NCBI RefSeq assembly: GCF_002571385.2
Contig: NW_019217787.1
Coordinates: forward strand, 2,180,555 to 2,244,554
DNA from: Stylophora pistillata
Taxonomy: Eukaryota
Length of the DNA stretch: 64,000 nucleotides
Reading direction: 5' to 3'
Below are positions 24,114 through 64,000 of this stretch, one piece after another. A program made the position numbers and the translations under genes. The notes under the pieces were generated by a model that was not told the origin of the DNA, searched no databases, and saw only the letters and a list, made by a program, of their open reading frames with translations. Numbering within the stretch: position 1 is the stretch's first letter; each line of letters opens with the position of its first letter.

Positions 24114-26609
24114 TGTGGTTATCAATTTATACTGAGAAGTACTATTCACGTGGCTGGAAATTCTCATTCGGTTCTGAATGAACTAGAAACTGGAATGAGA
24201 TACGAAGAGGGAAAAGGAGCCCAGGAACGGGCCTGTTTCTGTCGAGGACGCTTGGGATGCATTGTGGGAAAACCAGAAGACTCGCGAATCTGAACGTTTT
24301 AATCCTTTTCAAGTACTTACCTTTGTTTTAAAGAAAGTTTAGTTTACGACGAAATTTACTTGTAACATATAGCTTTATTTTGAATCTTGGAATTTTTATG
24401 GTGTAATTTAAGATTTCTTTTCAAATTGAAAAGGAACCGATGTAAATTACCAAGAAGTTGTCCTTTTTTCAGTCACAGAGGTTAAGACCAAACAAATTAT
24501 TACAGAAGTTTGGGAGGGAGTTTTATTGGACCTAGCGAGTTCTTATCGGCTATCTAGGTTTTAGAAATCGGGATTCGGATAATTTCGTTTTATTCTATCT
24601 GTAAATGTTTTAGTTAGAGAGGGTAGATTTTTTAGATAAATGAAGGAAGTTGGTCGCCGAGCGAGCTTTGCCTGAATCTTGTCATTTTAATTTTATTTTA
24701 TCTTTGTTTTCGCGCATTTTACTTGCTAGATTTCTATCATTGACTTTCATTTCCTTATCAAAATGTGATATCGATTAATAGAATGTATTTTTTAGTTTAA
24801 ACATGGAGTGAGTATTCGAACTTAAAGTCATGTTTGGCACTGAAATGACTTCCTCAGGAAAAGGCCACTGGTTTTTGCGTGAATCTGAAAACTCAAATAC
24901 TTCAAGTTCAGAATCATGTTCAAACAGCTCTTGAAAAATCCCAAACTATAGGAATGTCTCTAAGTCTAATGTTTCATTGTTAAGCTTTGTTTGACACGAT
25001 TTCTTAATATCGATAGCGGTGTTAGAGTTTGGAGAAGGTCGTGTTCATGTTGCTACAGCTATGAATGCTTGTCTTCTACTGGTACTTGCTCCTGTCACCA
25101 AAAGGCATCCCGTCGACGGGAGATAGTGCTCAAACATTCCTCAAACCTGTTTCGTGCCGTAACGTAGTGCGTTATGGGGGTATTGCGCGTCTTTCCAATG
25201 TGACTCAAGCGGCAAGCATACTACACGCGATTGAAATTTTCACGTTGAGATTTGTGGCCTTATTCTTAAGTGGAAAATCAATTTAACTCGTCGCGAAGTC
25301 GTAAATCGATGTAGATAGGTATTTTGGATCCTTGTACAGTATAAAGAGCAACCCCAAAGCACGGATACAATTAATTCTCTTTACTTGTCCTGGTCCATTG
25401 CTCAAGGTACAGTTGGGAGAAATTTAACATACTTAATTGCCTGATTACCCAAGTTTTACTGATATGTTAAAGAAAATAGAATTGGAATCGTACTCTGGGT
25501 TTGGGGTTACGTTTGTAAAACATCTGAATTAAGAGTCAGCAAGTGTCTCGAGATGTAACTTTCATCAGTTCCTTTCAACTTCGTTATATTTCTGATTACT
25601 CCCCATTGTTAGAGCACCCTTGCTCCCTGGTCTTTGCTGGATTTAATTGAAATTGGGACCTGGGAACAAGGCTAGCTTTAAATGTTATCTCTGTGCTGTC
25701 TGTAATATGGCGCTTTAAGAGTTTTATAAATATACAGACCATTTAACAGTGTTTATCGTGTTTGTCCTTTGTTACATTTTCTCAATTTTGTAAGTAAAGT
25801 GAAGGGAGAGTAAATCCCAGGACGCTTTATTTTACCTCTTGTGAAGGTCACAGTTACTTAGCATCTACTGTAACAGGAGCCTTTATTTACCTCTTTCGAC
25901 CGTAACACTGATATGCATATTCTCCCTTCTATCATCTGAACTTTTCCAGTAGCACTAACAGGGAGAATTTGTTTACCAATCATTAGCTTATCCTGTTGAG
26001 GATCATTCTTATATTTTCATATCGTTTATGTTTGATTCAAGGTTAATTCTGTTAGGGGAAATTTCATGCTAGTCACTCGTAGAGATTAAAGGGTTCAGAA
26101 CTGAATATATAGATTCCAATAAGTTCAAAACACAGGTACATTACAATGAAATTTTAACTTGACGTGGCACTCACCAACCTCTAAATCACTGAAAAGAAAG
26201 CGAACTCGACTCCCATGACCAAAAGGCCCACAACGAACATGGAGGGTACATCCGAGATGCCCTCGCAATGAACGTGTAGCCCACAGACAGATCAATGAGC
26301 GACTACATTCCACAAGAGGACGAAACGTACACTGGAGCCGCCTCGAACGGATCAGTTTCTCCGACCGCTACGATGTCTGTAGCTGAACAACTGCGTACCT
26401 ACCCCTCCCTGACCTATATCCCCAAACCCAACATTATCCCTATCCTGTTATCAGTTGACTTTTGTTGGGTTAGGCGCGCAATTGCCTAAATGCTAACCTA
26501 CATCCGAAACTTGCAAGGGACCTTGTCATCAACCACATGGCTGAATATCAAGTACTCATTTGACTACAGTATGAGCTTATTTTAAGGACTGACATCTTAT
26601 ATGGCCCAA

Positions 26610-27023
26610 AGGGGACATTGAGATTTTCAGTTTTGTGGTTTTGGCAATTTTTTTAGATCGGTTTTTGGCGTTCATTGTGGTTTGCGGAGTTATTTTTAAA
26701 TAGTATTTAGTTTTCTCTTTTGGTAAAAAAAACCAACAGGTTTCCAAATTTGATATCTGATGTGGTCCTTTGGTGTTTCCTATTTGGGTTTCGGTTGCTT
26801 TTCGATCTGAGCGGCAATTATGCGCCTCCACTTCTCTCGAATAGCCGCGAACCTTCATATGCTCCATTTGTTACCACTGTATCGGTACCAATAGGGTTTT
26901 TAGAAGTGAAGTTATCGACTTTGCGTGCAGTTTTCGGTTTTGATCGAGTTTGGGGTTTTTGGATGATTGTTTGGATTTTCTTCCTACGGATTTTTGCAGT
27001 TTCTAATGAACTCCAATGTCCCC
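26610..27023. mobile_element. MITE-like element with short TIRs and internal TCGGTTTT repeats, upstream of HERC4
   Basis: GGGGACATTG (26610) / CAATGTCCCC (27015); repeated GGTTTT/TCGGTT motifs. Confidence 0.5.
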
Positions 27024-27079
27024 CGTTCGTTTGGGTCCCCCCGATCCTCGCTGCCAATTTGGAGGGCAAAGTGGTGACC

Positions 27080-27247
27080 CTATTGACCGCGCGATTACTG
27101 GGTACTAATTCCTATTTGGCTAAAAATGGCGGAACTATGACATCAAATTTTGTCTGAGCCCTAACATTTTCAATATGCCAGTTTCGAACAATTGCGGACA
27201 TAAATGTACAGAAAAGAAAGAGAAATACTAATGAAAATGGTTTAGTC
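27080..27247 (+). promoter_or_regulatory. HERC4 promoter/5' UTR region with a YY1-type motif
   Basis: AAAATGGCGG at about 27122-27131, about 120 bp before the ATG at 27248. This motif is common near start sites of animal housekeeping genes. Confidence 0.4.
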
Positions 27248-55887
<28,640 letters not shown>

Positions 55888-58696
55888 AAAAATACACCAG
55901 TCATTTTTATGCTAAGTGGACTTATTCCCGGCTTTCTGGAGGCATTAGTTTGTGTTAAAAACTAGTTATTGGTTAAGAGAGTGAGATAAAAAGCTTCTGC
56001 GATGATCCAAATAACAGCGACATGACAAACTAACCGAGGATGTGGCCACGCCCTTCAAGTACTGTTATCAGTCCTGCTTCGTTGGTAAGGACAAAATGCG
56101 AGAGTGCCTTCCCAAACAAAGGATTTGCGATTTGTTGTGAGGCAATGGAAAACACGCACGCTGTACGTTTGTCAAAGGTACAAATTGCACTGGTCCGAAA
56201 GGTGTTCCCCAAAAACCTGCAGTGTCAAAAGCTCTCTGACGTAAAATACCAAATGACGAGTATCATGGACTTGTAAGACTTGTTTGTGGTTCTCAGCGCT
56301 TTTTAGTTTGCAGTTGTTTGAAGTCAACTGCTGGCTGTGTTCTTTTTGCTGAAGTCAAGAAGTGATTTTTTTCCATAAACCAAGATTTGGCAGCGTTATG
56401 AAACAATTCAGCGCAATGCTCTTAGAATTTGAATTCTAAAAGCCTTTTTCTATTGGAAGTGTACTGCTTTAGACCCGTGATAGCACATTTTAAGGCTGGG
56501 AAACACAGGGCGAAAGTTCGTTCGAACGAGTTTCTATGACAAAACCGCTTCGAGTGCGTCTTAAACAATTATTGCGGCTCATTTTATTGCTAGAAACGTG
56601 GCTTGAATTCAAACCAGGATTGAATTTTGCGATTTATTCCGGGACGACTTTCTGTTGCCAAGACGAGGAATTAATTCGCTTAATTCTCCTTGTTCCACGA
56701 AGCGAAATCAAATGTGTTGGCGATTTGTCCCTTAAGCGTCGTGTGGCAATGAATTATTGCCGTCCACCGTATCCCAGCTTTAAGAAAGGATGTAAGATTT
56801 GTTAATCGAAGTACAGTTTTTGGTTTATAAAACTTTTGAAATAAATACATGTACGATTTTTAAAATTTCGAAACCGGGTATTCGCCCTTTTATCTTTTTG
56901 TTTTTCAAATTCAAGACTGAAGACAGAAGTTACACAATTTTGGTATAAAGCGCTCGGAAAATTGCTTGACTCGGTCATCCTGAACACCACTTCGAGACGA
57001 ATGAGAGACGATATTAGTTCCTCCGTAAAAAAATTTCGTAGCAAAGTATGCAAAAACTAAGATGTTTCCATGAAGGAAGTCCACTTTCTGACCCGACATG
57101 TAGCTGACCACTTTTTAGAAGAGAAACAACGCCTTCAAGTGACACCAATTGTAGAAAAAGAATAGTAACTAATATGAAATGTTGGGCTTCTGTTAAAAAC
57201 ACATTGCGTGGGTCCCTTGATACATCTATGTAATCCTCTGAGGGTGACTAATAACACCACGTGAGGTAGGAAGTTTTGGGACAAAGAAAAACAATCTGCT
57301 CGTCGAAGCTTGGTTATGGTGACTTAAGAACATTTTCTGAATTTATAACAGAGAGCTACATAGCTACCTGCAGATTGGCTGAGACAGGGTATTTATCATT
57401 AATTTTGGCAATTGCCAATTGAAGTTTATTGGTTATTATCAGTGCTACTCTTGTAATGTCTTCAACTTCTTAAAACTAGCAGTCTTTAATTTTCCGGGGA
57501 AATATGCGATTACGTATACTTAGTAGAATAAGTTATACGGAGATGTTAGATGAGCCATTGTTCTGTACTGAGCCGGAAACCCTGCTTATTACATCATCCG
57601 CCTTTTGTTGTTGCGGTTGTTTTCACAAAATAACGTCAGCATTACGTGTTCGCTCCAAAAAAGCAGATGAGTTAATTCAAACATAAAAAAGATGTTAAGA
57701 ATGAAATAGTGACAGCGCACCTACTCGTCAGTACGATCTCTGATACAAATTGCACTGGCGATTTAACAGTTTTTTAAATAATAGNNNNNNNNNNNCAATT
57801 AAGGATGTACTCACACTATATCACCAGCGATGTTCCTAAACTATGTATTCTTAATAACACCAAAAGCCCTACTCTTTTCAATCACGCTCAACAGTCCTTC
57901 ACTCTTTCAATCCCCTCTTTCCTAACTATTCATGCGCCTATTTTTCTCATTACAAACAGTACAAAGCCGCTAGTCTGCGAGCAGGCCTTCGTTATCAGTG
58001 CAGCTGCAAAACGCACGTTTCTCCGCCCGCGGGAGGATTTGAGACGAGTAGGGGTCTGGCACTAATGATTATCAGCACCAGATCTCTTGCAGATCTCTTG
58101 CAGACCTCTCATTGCTCAATGCTTCATACTTGAAGGCTTGTTCCCAAGCGCTGATAATGAGGACCTGCCCACAAGCCATGGAGCTTCGAAATAAGTGATA
58201 TATTGATAGAAAAACTCACTAATAACGTCACTTTTTCCTGAAAGTGACGTGACGTCTGGACATGTGTTTACAAGACTAACCAGTCCCAGGAGCCCATTAC
58301 CCTGCCAGTCCTTAAGAATGGATCTGGGATAACACTCGACATAGTGCATATACATATTATCCCGTAACGTTCCAATTCCCGATGTTTTTTTAACCAAAAA
58401 TACTGTAAATAATAGCGATATAAGAGGAAATGAGTGAACTATTTATCAGAGAAGCAGTCTTAAAGTGAGAGATACGTGTCAGCCTTTTCAATTCAGTTTG
58501 TTTCTTTTGTAGTTGCTATTTGAATGCATGCAATCCAAGGTATTTTTAATATTACAGTATAAGCATTTTTCGTTTGTTTAGTTCCTCTTCTCCCTATAGG
58601 GACTCACTCAATTCCAGCCATTGTTTCAGTCCCTGCGTCTCGTCACGTCAAATGACGTTTCATGATGTTTAACATAACTGACATAAGATGCCCGTC

Positions 58697-61600
58697 TTAG
58701 GCGACACAGGTGGTTTTGTGATATTTGCTTTTGCAAGTATCGCATTCAACATTGCAACACCACACAAACCTGCAGCGGCATTTATCTTCCTTAACCACCT
58801 GAACTGTTTGATATTTCAATTTACAAGCGTTACAGAGGGAGTGACACTTCTTTACGGTGGTGCCTCCATCACTGCGACATATTCTTCCCAACATTCCTGG
58901 GGAGCCCAGCGTTTTGTTAGGTACGCAGTAATCTGGCGAAGGATCGAGGTAAACCAGCTTTTTCTCTCTCTTTTTCGCTGACAATTTGTTTTTGCCTCGC
59001 TCTTGAAGCTTGCTATTTGCGTACCACACTCGCAAAGCATTTTTATATTTTAATTTCAACTTTTCCCCAATGACTTCAAAGGCCTCCATTTGCCTCCAAC
59101 AAATCTTTGCCGTACAACTTCCTGAAAGTCCATTGCATTTGCACACTTTCTTTCGACTCAAGCGAACAACCTAACATAGGGAAAAGTTGGTACATGTTCA
59201 AGAAATAAAACTACATTTAAACACTTGAATCATTATGAGAATTAATTGGATTAAAGATTGCTTTCGAGTGAAACCTAAATATCTGCTGCAAGGACTGCAA
59301 GGGTCAATCATGTTCATGCTACAAAATAGTTCAACACCTGACGAGAAAAATTCCACATTAAATTTCACGTGAGAAACCGATATCGCACGAATCTCGAAGC
59401 GATACTGAGAGAACAGCTGCGATACAATCGAGGACAACTGTTCGACGTGACTTGGCCTTGTTCGCACGGTGCTGTAGCGAAAAGAAAGCAACAACGCTTT
59501 AAAAACAAGTTATTATCTGAATGCACATGGTAATGAACTGCAATTAGAGGCAATTCCAAACGTTTGAGAATTTGCCAACGTCAAATGCAGAGTTTTCGAT
59601 CATTTACAAGCGGCTGCTGATTGCATATTGGGCGGCTATGCCCGGACACGAGAACGCTTTCATGAAACCCCTGCACATGTATAACACGTAACTAAGAACA
59701 CTCGTAAAACCTTTCGGCAACAGCAACAAGAACAACAACAGAAAAGTGATTGAGGGCCAGGGTTTCAAGATATCTAGTGACAGTCCAGCAGATGGGAGTC
59801 GTTCAGTAAAATTAACCAAAGCTCTGAGAAGAGAGACTGTGCAGCGAGCTTCACCCCTAATATCAGTATACATGTTTTCAAAACTTGTCTCTACACATTA
59901 CCTATGGTGCCGATAAGCCGAGAATCTGTTAAGCAGACAAAAGCTTCTTAGTTAGTGGTGATTTTTCTTCATTCTCGTGACCTTAATGTGTGGTTCAGGG
60001 GTGATATTGTCAGGAGATTTAGAAGCTGGTTACGTTCAGGATTCAAAGAGTTAAGAAACCTGACATAAGCAAAGCAGGTGACGTTACCTTTCTTCCGACT
60101 TCAGAGTTGTGAAAATGAAAAGCCTTCCGCGCATTGTTTCCGTTCCTATAGACGCTCATAAATCTCCTGGCCTCCTTCTCTCCAAACTTGACGTTGTCAC
60201 CACAACCGCTCCATTGAAATTCTTCGTTGCCATCGTTTTCTGTTTTCAGCTCGCACCCACATCCGGGTATTCTGCTACGTTGGCACTGTTGGGCGACCTC
60301 ATTTATAACAGCAGCTGTACTGATGGCGATTATGAACCCAAACTCCCGTGTCGCTTTAATGAAATGGCAAAGATAAATACCCCTTACTAACCTCTACTTT
60401 TTCGCTCGAATGTTTGACCCGCGTTTTTGCGATGGACTAGCATTAGGCTTGAGTAGAGACTTGTATGACCCGCGTGATTCGCGCTTAGGCCTTACAACCG
60501 CGCGGAATAAAAAAGGTTCAGACCTTTAACTCACTGTACGGAGCGAGTAAACGAGGTTAGTTAGATTATTTCTCTGGGTTCAAATAGAGGGGGAAGATAT
60601 CAATTCAAACAAAATTTTGAATTTAGTGGGCTGTGCAGTGAAATACGGCCCGTTAGTTGACCAATCGTAGCGCACGTACTTACAGCACTGAGGAATCTAG
60701 TAATGGGGAATGAATGTTGTTTTGAATCCCACGACGACAGGAAGTTGTTACTAGAGAGCCAGAAACTTAATTTGCTTTGTCATCATGATAGCGAGGCGTA
60801 GAATGATGTCCTAGTTTATCATGAAGATAAATAGTCAGGAAGCATTCGCTAGTTATTCCTGTTTTTTCGTTTTGGCTGGTTGTTGTTGTTGCTGTTCTAG
60901 TGTTTTATTTTGTAAGTTTTTCTTTCGTCGTTGCGGTTGACAGTTTCGTCCTTTTTGCGTCATTCAGTTGTCGTGTATTAATTGTGTGTTTATGTGTTCG
61001 TTTTCTTTGTAAATTGATGTTGTTGTTTACATAGTGCCTGCTTTAATCACCTAAGAAGAAGCATGGGTAAATTTAAAGCTTCTTTTACAATACACTCTTT
61101 CAAGCCTTTGCTCCCCTCTTATATTCTTTTGAACCCCCAGCAGGCCTTCATTACTAGTGCTTTGGTACGGTGACGATTCTACGCCCGCGGGAAAGTATAA
61201 GTCCTTTAGCAAAGCGTACCGGCGAGAGGTCTGCAAAGTGCCAGAGTTAGTGCCAGACCCCGACAAACCTTTCCCGGACTCGTCCTAAATCTTTCCGCCA
61301 GCGGAGAAACGCGCGTCTTAAGGAGTGCCTGCTCGCGGGCTATTGATGTTTTCACGTGGGTATATCTATATATATATGTATTCTTTTTTTAATGACACTT
61401 TTTGGACTAACTGCTTTCTTCTCGAAATTCGCCACTAAGCATTTTCATAGCGAGGCTTGGGGGTGAAATTGACTTTTGTGGCGTAAGCCTACCGTCACGG
61501 AATACACTTACCATAAGGAATGGTTGGTTTGACAAAACTGGGCAACTCCTTTATCATGTCTCTGTTATCAATGGTACAATTCCAAATATCGTTCTTGAAT

Positions 61601-61992
61601 AATTTTCGACATTCTTCCATGGCACGATATCCCCCTGCTTTAATGATGCTTGTAAGATTCGGATAGGTCTAAAAGAGAATTCAAATAATGAAGCGAAAAC
61701 TGAAATGAAATGAACTGCCGAAACATGACCGGTGAGTCGTTGTGACCAATTTTTGATTATCTTCTCTTTACATTATGGTCAACGGTCTAGTGCAAAAGAA
61801 TTGCGGTTGCATCTTCTAATCTCTACATTCATTCTTCCTCCTTACGTTTCGCTCCAAGACAACCACAAAATTTTCGTCCCGTCACCAAGATCATTCAACA
61901 AGATCCTTTTCTAAAAATAGCTCGGTAAACTCGAAAACACCAACCCTGCTTACGACAAAAGTCTTGGTTGCATTGTTAACGCCTCTTAAGAT
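58697..61992 (-). CDS. WNT8: Wnt8-subfamily ligand, 5'-partial (signal-peptide exon not identified)
   Basis: Minus-strand exons: 61954-61992 (ILRGVNNATKTFV, tentative), 61512-61668 (..AMEECRKLFKNDIWNC..), 60088-60353 (ATREFGFIIAIS..GCGC..FQWSGCGDNVKFG..HNSEVGRK), 58697-59170 (VCKCNGLSGSCTAKICW..YLDPSPDYC..KKCHSLCNAC..CRCRFVWCCNVECDTC..TTCVA*). I count 22 Cys. The CxxLCxxC pattern in place of CCGRG and the short N-terminus fit Wnt8. Confidence 0.88.
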
Positions 61993-64000
61993 CTAATTTT
62001 GGTCGATTCAGTAAAATAGCATTAACTGATACAAAGCTGGATTAGTCGGCCCTTTTAACTTTGTTGTGGTTTTGAAAGATCTATTATCTCTTCCGTACAA
62101 TTACCCATTTATTACTAAACTGAAATCAGTGGTTAAGAAACATTAACGGTTTAACCAAGGCGGATTTAATTTCTATTTAGCAGCTTGAGATACTTTTGGA
62201 CCCCCGTATCTTTAAGCACACCATATTTCCGCTCAAATAAAAAAAAGAAAAAAGAAAACAAAAACAAAGAAAAAAAAAGGGACCTAAGACCCCGTGTGGG
62301 GATGTAAAAACAAATTAAGCGTCAAAGCTGTGAAAACTAAGATTAAACAAGCTGCCTTAATTAAATCTCTGTGATATCTTAAATCTGGCCAATACTACAT
62401 TGTGACGTAGATAAATGTAACCGAATTAAAAAAAACTCTAACAAATCGCGGATGAGCTTAATGATTTAGCTTCCTATTGATTTGGCTTGAAGATACGCCG
62501 AGCTCGGAAGAGAAAGTTGCCAGAAGAAATTATCTTTACTGACTAAGCAACACCTTTGATGTGTTTTGTCAATTTAGTTGGCCGACGAGCAGCCCCTGAT
62601 AAAAAGGTAACACTAGTTCAGGAACAGTTGAAACCATTTTGGTGGAATACTCTAGAACAAAACTCAAAAGATAAAATAATCTTTTTTGAAGTGCTTATCC
62701 ATCATCTCCAAAGGCGGGGAATACTAATTTGAGGACCCCATCTAATAATTCGACAGGAGTTTTGACGGTTTTATATAACAAGGAGAAAAACATCTCAGTA
62801 GTGAGGAAAAACATGAAGAACATGTTGTGTGTTGCGTAACCAATAGAAATGATATGACGACTGCTTGCTTATCTGCTTGGATGATTTTTTGGGACCGCTT
62901 TGTATTTTGGTCAGTTTTATGCAAGGTTATATTAAACTAGCACTTGATTAGACCGCCAGTCAGTAAACATATGTTCAGTCCCCCATCATATTAGGGTTGC
63001 TCATTAGCGCTGTCTAAAATCATATAGTCACGAGGAAAGTAGTCCCAGAAAAGTAATAATGAAGAAAGTTATTTATTCTGATAAGTTCAACTTAATGAAA
63101 AAAGATATCGGATTAACTTGAGTTCAATCTAGAAACATCTGACAATGACACCCGGCCGTTTGATGTAACAAAAAATATCATTTATTTGGGGGAAGGAAGT
63201 TAATTTAATAAAAGAAAAAAATCCGTGATTTCGAGGGAAAAAATATACCAAAATGTGAAAAATTTCTGAAGCAAAGCACACACCTTTTCTTGGAGAAAAT
63301 TCAACTCCACTATGTTTTTTTTGCCTCTGTGAAAAAAAAGACAGGAGAAAAAATCAAAGGCTGCAACATAACGATCATTAGCTATAGATTCAAGAGGGTA
63401 ACTGGGGGGTGGAGGCATAATTTTTATATTTCAATTTAAAAATCAAATTTTGTAATTGGATTTGGTTTAGCTGTTAAGTGTTGGAACGGATCTTAGGTCA
63501 GCGTTAGATGGTTTTAGAGTGTTTATGATGATTTGCACGCCTCCTGTGTGTCATTAATGCCAGGATTATTATATTTTTGCTCATGCAGATGACAAGTTAT
63601 TCTCTTTCGGAAATGATGTACCGGGTAGGGAGCGCTAAAATTAAGAGGAATGGGACAAATTTCAGCAATTCAGCTTCCAAAAACACGTACGTGTCAACAA
63701 ATTGTTAAATCTAATTTACAACTTTAAATCCTGTTTGTGGACGGGGGTTTCGTCATATTAATGTAGTTCTTTTAGCTGAGATAACAAAACAAACTGTGAG
63801 CTTGACAGAGAAAACAACATGTGTCGTCAAAACTAGCTGAGCTGTAACTCTATAGGACTAATAGTGTAGGATATAAAGCTTAGGACATACGTGTCGGGCA
63901 AAAAAAGCTTTCACGAGAAACTCTTCTCTCGTATAAATTTATCAAAACAGATGGCTGGTCATTCTTTTTTTTGTTTTTCAACCATTCATTTCTTTGCCTT

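Noticed and set aside
26577-27157. Long ORFs on both strands upstream of HERC4
   Set aside because: They derive from the GGTTTT-rich repeat element and have no protein-like features.
61846-61910. Wnt exon candidate with AG/GTAAG boundaries on the minus strand
   Set aside because: The only phase that joins the 61668 acceptor contains stop codons.
62742-62924. ORF as the Wnt signal-peptide exon
   Set aside because: No convincing signal peptide followed by a suitable donor; the first exon remains unidentified.

Overview
AT-rich, intron-rich animal DNA. The repeat families resemble those of anthozoans, so a stony coral is likely (inference only). Three multi-exon genes were assembled by hand from splice sites and reading phase. 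(1) The 3' part of Scribble on + (2161-24113): linker, four PDZ domains and the C-terminal helix; the LRR exons lie upstream of the window. (2) A nearly complete HERC4 RCC1-HECT E3 ligase on + (27248-55887), with one GC-AG intron and at least one exon missing, probably in an N-gap. (3) A divergent Wnt8 on - (58697 to about 61992), convergent with HERC4; its first exon was not found. Introns hold many non-autonomous mobile elements. The most notable non-coding signals are: a structurally intact type I hammerhead ribozyme (55112-55157, minus strand, retrozyme-like); several minimal hammerheads in Penelope-like repeats; five elements from four sequence-distinct families sharing a long branched hairpin plus an inverted-repeat-bounded core; a three-layer nested transposon; and frame-compatible candidate microexons in the Scribble linker. 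Most entries in the ORF track are spurious or are exons running into introns.
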